Under the pieces are notes generated by a model. It did not search any database. It saw only the letters and a list, made by a program, of their open reading frames with translations, and had not been told where the DNA came from. Shown here in pieces: positions 54,635 through 64,000 of a stretch of DNA of 64,000 bases. A program made the translations under genes and the position numbers. The DNA comes from Octopus vulgaris (lineage: Eukaryota): contig OX597814.1 of NCBI GenBank assembly GCA_951406725.2, forward strand, positions 156,116,001 through 156,180,000, given 5' to 3'. Every line of letters begins with the position of its first letter. The first letter of the stretch is position 1.

Positions 54635-56344
54635 AGTTGCAACTGAAAGGAAAACATTGAGAGGTTACAGCTGAAACGCCTCTAATCATATGTCTACTCG
54701 ATCAATTCTTGCCTGGGGTTGGACAACAATAACTACTACTAACAAAATATAGAAGTGTAGTTATTATTGTTTCCGGGGTAGTTGTTGCTGTTGTCGGTGT
54801 TACTCTTCACTTGCAATTCTTGTTCATTGTTTTGTAATTGTTGTTTAGTTCCAGATCGTCCCTAACCAAGCAGGCCTATCATCAAAGCCCTAAGATATAC
54901 TGTTTTTCTAAGTGTATCTAAGAATGAATCTATTAATGAATCCTTCCAATTTTGTAAGATTCTAAGATATGATTTCAGTAAGATTTGGCAGCTAAATTTA
55001 ACGAGTCAAGCGACTGTGTTTAGTCTTTGTCGTTGGCTCCTTTTGCGATCTCATAATTTGTGTTGTAGATGTTTATTTTCTTTTCGTTCTTCAATCTGTT
55101 AAAGTCATTTATTAAAAATGTTGTCATTGTCAGTATTTTTATTGTCAAGTTCTTGTTATTTCTATTGTTGTTGTTGTTGTTGTTAATTTTAATTATTCTT
55201 GTCATTGTCATTAGAATCACTTATTCTTGATTTTTGCCGTGTTGATGTTTAAACCAATGCAGCTCTTCTAATTAAAAGTATGTCAGCCATGTTCACCCTG
55301 CCTTTATTCAGCTATTACGTACTTCAGTGTATAGCGGAGAAAGACATGATTTGGAGAAGTATTTGTTTGCTATTTTTAGCACATCAAATGGATGTCAGAT
55401 ATGTTTTCCAACCTTGTCTCGCGTTAATGATTACGCTTGGATTTTGCTCATGCCACTAACATTTTAAACGTTCTTGCAAAAGCTGCAGTTTCTTTTACTA
55501 AAGATATCAACACGGTCGTTATTGCTGTTGTCATCGATGATATCCTTGTTGCCATCGTTGCTATTGTTGATGACAAACATATGGATGCTGTCAACACTGT
55601 TGGTATTGTTGTCATGTAACAATCATTACTACCATCACTATTGTCAGTGTTGCTAATGCTATCATTACTGACATTAACTCATTGCTATTGCTGTCAGCGG
55701 TAATGCGACAGTTGCTCTCATTTTTACTACAGGTTTTATCGTTCTAATCAAACGTTCTTCGTTCAACCAACAATATAGCCGTAACTTTCCCATATTTTGT
55801 TAATTTTCAGACATAATGCATCTTGTCCATTATAATTCATGGCGTTGTTTCTCTTTTTTTCTTGAAGTGATAAGGACTAATTTTTAGGAACCTTTCGTAA
55901 TTTTTTTAGTAGTTGAATTGAGTACGTATACGATTGACGGTCATAATTGCTGTTTTAATTTCTGTAGGAATATAGAGAGCGTCTCTTTGTTGCCGGCATT
56001 GCTACAGCTATTAGATACAGCTATAAGTTGAGCAGCCATGTTAGGTTGTTACATCTCTAAAGTATATTTTATCGAAGCTCGTGTTGAGTATTGGGATACA
56101 ATAAGGATGTTATTTCAAAAATTACGTTCCACAAGTAGAATTTAACATCTATATTTTAGAAAATATGGACATATTTTCAATATCAATATATCAACTGATG
56201 ACTATTTCTCTGTGGCAAATGTTGCTTCTGTGACACAATTCATGCAAAAAATTTTCATTTAGGTTTGGGAATTTTGTTTTCATCTAATGAGCATCAGTGT
56301 GGTGGAGATATTAGTCAAGTCTCATGAAAGGATGCCTTTATAAT

Positions 56345-56775
56345 GGTTTCAAATTTTAGAACAAGGCCAGCAATTTCGAAGGAGGGGATAAGTTGATTAC
56401 ATCGCCCCCAGTGCTCAATTGGTACTTATTTTATCGACCCCCAAAAGGATGAAAAGCAACGTCGAACTCGGCGGATTTTTCATCGCTGTGCATAAAGACG
56501 GACTAAATGCCACAAAGCATTTTGCTCGGCGTGCTAACGATTCATATTTCTTTAGTGCCCACAAGAAGCTACACACAGAGGGGACAAACAAGGACAGACA
56601 AACGGATTAAGTTGATTATATCGACCCCAGTGCGTAACTGGTACTTATTTAATCGACCCCGAAAGGATGAAAGGCAAAGTCGACCTCAGCGGAATTTGAA
56701 CTAAGAACGTAGTGGCAGACGAAATACTGCTAAGCATTTCGCCCGGTGTGCTAACGATTCTGCCACCTTGGCGTC
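56345..56775 (-). mobile_element. Two tandem Meta-like SINE units
   Basis: Repeated gattacatcg..ggtacttatt..atcgaccccgaaaggatgaaaggcaaagtcgacc blocks. Confidence 0.85.
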
Positions 56776-57174
56776 CCCTTATATATTGACCAATACTCTC
56801 ATGAACAGTGATAACATTTTAAATGTTCTGAGGAGATATATTATTTTCTTGACTCTACTTTTGTAATAATATTTCTCTGTCTTCATTTGGTTTTCTTTTA
56901 AGCTACTCACTTCGAATACCATTCTTATTTCTGTACCATATTCTTACCCGGTTTTACCATTATAAGGGGTCCAAAGTCTAGTGTCTTTCGTTATGAAATC
57001 GATATAATTGTGGTATATTCTCCTTATTTATGTCTTTTGATTGCTCGTTTCCTTATGACATATTCTTCAACTATCACTACGATTAACACACATACATACG
57101 ATTTAATATTTCGTTTAGGTATTGCGGTATTAATAACCATGTGTAGAACACATTATACACATACTACTCTGAAC

Positions 57175-57745
57175 GAAGGAGTAAACGATTATCTTATGAA
57201 CTTCATTATCTTACTGTCGTTTCTGCTAAAAATGGTGTGGACACGTAGTTGAGTGCCTGGGTAACACCGTACGGTCTCATCAGAATCTCAAACACTAAAT
57301 GCAATTCATTTGGGAAAACAAATACATTTAAATATATAGAGAGGAAAGCATTACAAATGAGAAAGCATATATATGGGGGATAAAATGCAGGGGGTCCTCG
57401 CACAATTAGAAAAAAGACTCATTTATACATATATTCTTACCGGTAGATTTATTCAATCTTTATATTTGGTTACACCCATCAGTATGCTCATCTTAGAATT
57501 AGTCTTATTTTCATTGTGCGAGGAGCTCCTGCACTTTGTTCACCCACATATATGTTTTCTCATTGGTTATGCTTTCCACTATACAAGTTTAACTGTATTT
57601 ATCGTTCCAGATATCTTGACCTTAATGTTCGAGGCTCTGGTTAATCTGTAAGGTGTTACTCAGGCGCTCAACCATGAGATTACTGCATCTTATAATGGAA
57701 AAATCTGTATTCTAATGAAGTTCATGATACATTTGTTTATTCCTA
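57175..57745. repeat. Old inverted repeat with ~245-bp diverged arms (57175-57420 vs 57500-57745)
   Basis: Collinear blocks: atgaacttcatta/taatgaagttcat, gttgagtgcctgggtaacacc/ggtgttactcaggcgctcaac, tgcagggggtcctcgcacaat/attgtgcgaggagctcctgca. Confidence 0.8.
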
Positions 57746-57757
57746 TGTTATCTCTCT

Positions 57758-57828
<71 letters not shown>

Positions 57829-57886
57829 AAGTTACAACTTACCACGTGAGGATAATCGAAATTCCTTCTTTCTGTTACTACTATGT

Positions 57887-57937
<51 letters not shown>

Positions 57938-57999
57938 TAAATATAGATAGATATAAATATATATATAAATATATATATATATGTAAATATCTATATTTA

Positions 58000-58054
<55 letters not shown>

Positions 58055-58249
58055 ATATATATATATATATATATATACCTGTTCATTTTTTGCGGCATCT
58101 ATAGAGTTAGATTTTAGCTTTGCTAATGTGTTTCCAATGCTGTATTTTTTATATTATATGCAACAAAGTTGCGTAGCAGATCTTTGTGGGTCTGAAGAGT
58201 AATGCACTACATGAATAACTACCTGCGAAGCTGCTCCTTAATACTCAGT

Positions 58250-59200
58250 AGTCATAAACCATCTTCTCTTTTATGGATGTAAATTCCCGAGGGCCATACG
58301 TATTGTACGGCACATTTTAGTGCTGATTTCTCATATTTCAATCTATAGAAATCTAGTTTAGCCTATCAATATTCCCTTAATATATTCCTCTCTTGATCTT
58401 TGCTTTCCAGAATTTCTAACTTCCTGATGCTAAACTTGTTTTCCAGCCATCAATACTTTTTTTTCTGAAGAAAGATCTAACGTTATAAGCTATTTTGAAT
58501 TTTTCCAAGAATTTGATAATCCAGGAATTCGGGACCATATCATAATCACCTTTATAATCAATCCAGGATATTGATAATACTATCTATCTTCTCTTTCAGT
58601 TTTACAATTCATTCACCATAAAATTATGAGGAATTGATACATTCTTTCTCTGCTTTGTTTTCGGCAGTTTCAGTTTGATGGTTTTCAAACTTTTGCGGAT
58701 TTTCTTGTAGATTATGTTGGTTAGAAATTTTTACTCTGTTGGAAGAAAAACAAAAGTGTTATCAATAGTTGGTTACTTCATTTCGTTTTGTTTTGTCTTT
58801 CATTAGGAGCAGTGTCGTTCCTTTAATTAAACAGAGACAGAAATAAAATAATTTCACATCATGAGTAATCTCATTTGCCTAACTTGTTCTAAATCATTCA
58901 GTTTTATAAAGATTGATGATCTAATTTGCATTGCACTTCTACCACCAGGTGGGAGACCTTCATATAACGTTCCAGTTTCCTTTTTTACCGTCATCTGAAT
59001 TATTATTCGCATTACTATCCATTTTACTCATATTGGGAATAAGGCAGTGTTATGATGAGGATAAGGTAATGAGAGTATTATTTCAGAAATGTTGGATTTC
59101 GAGGCCAGAGCAATCTTCTTTGACTTGGCTAGAAAGTAGTGGTGCTGGATATTAACAACTGCTTTAAGGCTGTTGGTCGTTTATGCTCCAATAGGTTTTC
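58250..59200 (-). pseudogene. Decayed RLE-LINE reverse transcriptase fragment
   Basis: Minus-strand translation: LSISWIDYKGDYDMVPNSWIIKFLEKFKIA..WKTSL..KIKRGIY*G (58575-58370). Confidence 0.8.
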
Positions 59201-59506
59201 ATATCTAAATAGGTTGCCTTCATCATAGTTAAAGGGTAGAGATCTCTGTGGACTGACTGCACACTCGCTCATCATTACTATTTCTTCGTCCTATGCCCTA
59301 TTTCTAGATACCTCTTGATTAACGGTTGGCTCATCAATCCTTTGACAGGTCTTTATTTCTCATCTTAATGGATTTCTGGAAACCATCCTTAATGAGCTTG
59401 ATATAAGGCTAGGTGAGTGTCTGATTACAGGACTGACTGACAAATTGCAATTAATTTCATGTTCCCAGAAGTACAGATAACTGATATGCGGTATTATTAT
59501 TATTAA

Positions 59507-59567
<61 letters not shown>

Positions 59568-60945
59568 TGATGAAAAACTCTCAGATTATTTTGCTGGGTA
59601 TAATGGAAAATGCTAGCTGTCGACAACCAGCAGGCTAAAGTGTCACTTGTTTACTGATCGTGCTTCAAGAACCCTACAGTTCCGAGCAAAGATGATTTTT
59701 GTTGATGTTTTATCTTCACTTTGTATCAATCTTTTTGAACCATGTTAATTGCTGAATGTTGATAATTCCAGGCGCGCCAATTATTACTGATATCACGTCC
59801 ACTCTTTTCATTACCCACAACCTGCGTATTTCTCACTTCAATTCGTCATAGATGTTCAGTTTTTCTTCTTTCTCTTTGATCCTGTTGTCACCAGGACATG
59901 CTATGTCGATTATCATGCATGTTTATTCTGTTTTGTATACCACAAGATTATCAGGTTTCCGATGTTTGATTTGATAGTCACACTGAAACACTGCATCCTA
60001 CATGGCTTTTTAGTCTTCACTCTCGGTAGCTCCCTTTGGGAGTTGGTCACACCTCGTCTTTGTTCTTTGTAGGCTGTGATTTCCACAAAGCTCCCAATGG
60101 ATCATTCTTATTTCTTTATTGCCCACAAGGAGCTAAACATAGAAGAGATAAACAAGGACAAACAAAGGGGTTAAGTCGAGTACATCGATGCCAGTGCATA
60201 ACTGGTACTTAATTTATCGACCCCGAAAGGATGAAAGGCAAAAGTGAGCTCGGCGGAATTTAAACTCAGAATGTAACGGTAGACGAAATACCTATTTTTT
60301 TACTACCCACAAGGGGCTAAACACAGAGGAGACAAGCAAGGACAGACAAAGGGGTTAAGTTGATTACATCGACCGCAGTGCACATCTGGTACTTAATTTA
60401 TCGACCCCGAATGGATGAAAGGCAAAGTCGACCTCGGCGGAATTTGAACTCAGAACGCAGCAGCGGACGAAATACCTATTTCTTTCCTACCCACAAGGGG
60501 CTAAACACAGAGGAGAGAAACATGGACAGACAAACGGATTAAGTCGATTATATCGGCCCCAGGGCGTAACTGGTACTTATTTAGTCGACCCCGAATGGAT
60601 GAAAGGCAAAGTCGACCTCGGCGGAATTTGAACTCAGAAGCTAGCGGCAGACGAAATACTGCTAAGCATTTCTTGCCACATTGTCATGCTGTCTTTTGTA
60701 ATTGCGTTTTGCCAGTTTCGGGCATTTGCACACAATGTGCCATACCTTTTCACCTTTCTTACTGCACATTCTGCATTTGTTAGTCTCAGTTGAGTTGTTA
60801 ATTCTGCACTCCACGAAGTTCGTCCTTAACCTTTGTTCCTGTGCAGCGCATATAATTGCTTCTGTGTCTCTCTTCAGTTCACTCATCCGGATACATAACC
60901 AGCGGTCTTTGGTATCTGTCTTGGCGTTCGTATCTTTTGCAAGCT
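59568..60945 (-). mobile_element. 5'-truncated RLE LINE (R4/Dong-like), C-terminal zinc knuckle and endonuclease, split by a SINE trimer
   Basis: ELKRDTEAIICAAQEQ..CRMC..HIVCKC..YKRQHDNVAR, then the SINE insertion, then IHWELC..RKPDNLVV..CMIIDIACPGD..K..Y..L..EIRRLW..VIIGAPG. The 3' end joins (TAA)n at 59492-59567. Confidence 0.9.
60110..60672 (-). mobile_element. Head-to-tail trimer of the Meta-like SINE body inserted in the LINE
   Basis: Three ~180-bp units with junction gacgaaatacc|tattt..acccacaagggg. Confidence 0.9.
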
Positions 60946-60963
60946 AACTTAAAGTATTACTAA

Positions 60964-61023
<60 letters not shown>

Positions 61024-61066
61024 CATCATCATAATCATCATCATCATCATCATCATTATCATCATT

Positions 61067-61101
<35 letters not shown>

Positions 61102-61139
61102 TATCATCATCATCATCATCATCATTATTATTATTATAA

Positions 61140-64000
61140 ATGTAGTACAGTATACAATATCGTGAGGTTGTTGATTGAAGATATTGTATCAACTGGGGCT
61201 TTGTACAGTTTGACAAGTACCAGTCACAAGGACCTCAGACAGACAGTACTTTAGGCAATATGCGTGTAGATCCAAGTAATGCCGACTTTTGCATTACATC
61301 TTGATTGTAGAGTATTTCTAATATTTTCAGATGTTTTTTTTTTTCTAGATTGGGTGGTATTGAACCCAATGGTCCGATGGCTTTATGTTCGAATCTCGTA
61401 GCTGCCACATCTTAGCGATCTCAATTTTCAGCTCTCCATATCTATCAACTTTTTCTCTTTCTCTCATGATGATATGTTGATCTTCTGGCACTGCTACGTT
61501 GATTATTAGGCACTCTTGTTTGTCCCTCCTAAAGGTTACTATATCCAGCCTTCGGTGCTCTAACACTTTGTCTAGAAAATCCCAGGGGAGTTTGCCTTCC
61601 TCACTTTTCGTCCATTACCTTTTCCGGCGTATGTTGATACCAAGCACCCGTAACCTCATATCCATACTTACGGCATAGTAGCCAGTGGAGATTTTGGGCT
61701 ACTCTGTCGTGTCTACGCTTGTACACTTTCTGCACAAGACTTTCACATGCGCTAACAATGTGAGTCACACTTTCGACCCTCTTCCCACACATTCTGCAGA
61801 GGTCCGATGCACTTGTGTGGTATATATATTTTTTTCACTTTGGTATTCGAAGCGTGATGCTGGGCCGCGATAATAAGACTTTAGATATTCCTTTTTAGGT
61901 CATCCTTCTGGAGCTACCCCCATGATGCTCCCTTGTCTTTTAATTTGTTGGTTTCACGGTGGAACTAACCATGTAATTCCATACGGAGTAGGGTTTCTTC
62001 TCTCTCGTTGGCTGTTCTTGTTCGGAATTCCTGATCACTCTCAAGTACATTTTTTAACTCTTTCTACACTAGCAGCATACTGTAGTAGGTCTTCTTTGCT
62101 GTTTACCATATATTCTGCCATGTTTCTTCTTTCACTGTTGATGCACTCCCGTACGCTAATCAGCCCACGTCCACCCTTACTTCTATTCATGTACATTTTC
62201 TTTAGTGTGTGTGTGTGGGTGGGGGGCACCATGCATTGTCATTGTCTTTCGGGTAGTGCGATGGAAACGGTCAATCTCCGCTTTTGTCCATCTCAGGATG
62301 GGTGAACTATAGCGGACTACAGCAACAGCCCATATGTTAATGACAGTCGCAAGGTTCCTTGAGTTGAGCTTTGATTTCAAGAGAAGCTTGAGGCACTTGA
62401 AATATGCAGTGATGAATTTGTCTTTCATGTCACTGTGCAAGATATTGTTCAGCTCCAGGATCCCAAGGTACTTGTACCCATCATCATCCGGGTTTTCAAC
62501 TCTCTCTCCGTTTGGCAATTTTATGCCCCTACAATTTACTCTTTTCCCTTGCTTCAAAGTAAGCACCACACACTTAGCGATATCGAATTCCATCCCTATA
62601 TCCTTGTTGCACAGTTGCACGTCTCAACCAGCCTCTCCATTTCAGGCACTGTTTTTGCGAACAGATTTAAATCATCCATGTGTGGAATAGCTGAGAACGT
62701 CTGTGCACTGATTAAGGACAGCATGCCTTGTTGGAAAATGCATCTTTCCTGTAACAATCAGCACTTAGCCGAGGTAACAATCAAAAGCGGTATCTTCCAA
62801 GGAGACTTTTGTTCACCTCTGCTAGTTGTTATAATCTTGATCCCACTTTCTATAGACCTACGTAAAATCAACGTGCACTATGAGCCTTCTCTTGGTCGGC
62901 ATTTAACAAGGTGTTGAGTTGTGCAGCTATTCGTGCATGACATTCACCAAATCTTTTGATCCAGTAGCCTTCAACTCCATCTGGTCCCGGGCCCTTCCAG
63001 TTGCTCATCTATTTGCTGATTTCCTTCACTTCCCTAACTGAAATGACTAGTTTTGCCTGTTTTAGACAGACGACTGTTTGTTTCACTTTCTAACAACCAT
63101 TCAGTAACCTTCTTGTGCTCCTTGTCTTTGCTCCAGATGTCACTCCAAAACTTTTGACTTTCAATGTTATCTAGTATCAACTTTTCATCTGTACTCTCTC
63201 CATTTATTCTTTATAGAATCTCTTCTGATCTACTCTGAATAGCATATTCTGGTGCTAACCTTTCATTCTTTGGTCGCATCTTTCTATCTTTGCTTACTTT
63301 GCAACGAGGCGCTGATTCAGTTCTTCCATTACCAATATTCTTTCAATATTATACTTACTTTTCAGCACCCTGTATTTTCGTTCGCTTTTAAGTTCCCCTT
63401 TCTATTTTCGGTCTAACACAGAAACTTTCTTCGGGGGCATATCTAACCCTGCCTGGATTCTTTTTTTCCACCATGGTTCTTTTCTTTTGTCACTCCTATT
63501 ATATTTCTTTTTCTTGACACCAACACCAACATTTTCTACTACAACAATAGTTATTGCCTTGATCAAATTATTTTTTCTGTGATGTTGTTTGTTCTGATGG
63601 ATTTCAGAATTTCATTGACATTTTTCGTTTCTTGGTTCAATTTCCATCGATTAACCCTTTTAATGTTGCAAATAATGTCGCTATCGTTCTCCTGTAGCCT
63701 TAGCTTTATTCTGTCGTAGATTGCCTTTTGCTCATCTGTCATGTCACTATTAGTTTTATCGTCTTCTTTCAGATCATTTATATATCACTCATCAAGTAAG
63801 TTACCACTGCTCCTTTCCTGTGCTGTGAGATTACTTTTATTAGTAAGAACTGTATTTTCATCATTATCTCTGCTGCTATTTTCCAAAACCCCTCTTTTGA
63901 TGGCTTCGATCTCTACTTCTGTGAACCAACGATTTTTCTTATTGTTCTAGCTTGATCACATAATCTCTGTTCCGTGAGTTGAAACAATCCCTTTTCTCTC
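61140..64000 (-). mobile_element. Decayed RLE LINE (R4/Dong-like): N-terminal region, RT, CCHC finger and endonuclease, with internal inversion 62680-62888
   Basis: SNWKGPGPDGVEGYWIK; MDDLNLFAK; DIGMEFDIAKC; YKYLGILE; GGRGLISV; CRMC..HIVSAC..YKRRHD; RRLDI..CLIINVAVP; QKSALLGS. The 3' end abuts (TAA)n/(TGA)n at 60960-61138 and the element runs off the window end. Confidence 0.92.

Noticed and set aside
57260-57285. Minus-strand CTGATGAG-accgtacggt hairpin
   Set aside because: Followed by GTTAC rather than GAAAC, and the inverted partner copy lacks the core.
60110-60672. CRISPR-like regular repeats
   Set aside because: Units are ~180-bp SINE bodies with no unique spacers; eukaryotic context with no cas genes.

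Overview
AT-rich, microsatellite-saturated eukaryotic intergenic or intronic DNA. The SINE families resemble those I recall from Octopus (cephalopod mollusc); that assignment is inference. I found no intact host gene. Nearly all ORFs in the supplied track are translations of (TA)n, (TG)n, (AAT)n or (CAT)n repeats. The recognisable content is mobile-element debris: (1) three decayed Penelope-like element (PLE) bodies with GIY-YIG and/or RT remnants; (2) a 2.1-kb internally deleted Helitron with both termini intact; (3) several restriction-like-endonuclease (RLE, R4/Dong-like) LINE remnants, two with 3' ends at (TAA)n tracts and one with an internal inversion; (4) more than 20 tRNA-derived SINE copies; (5) a mariner-type MITE. 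The most interesting layer is non-coding. At least seven hammerhead-ribozyme-like motifs from several unrelated short-element families are present, two with intact catalytic cores (17325-17401 and 21431-21512, minus strand). They are repeatedly associated with short insertions that carry an inverted copy of their own end and sit in TA microsatellites. This looks like a diverse population of PLE-dependent, retrozyme-like RNAs.
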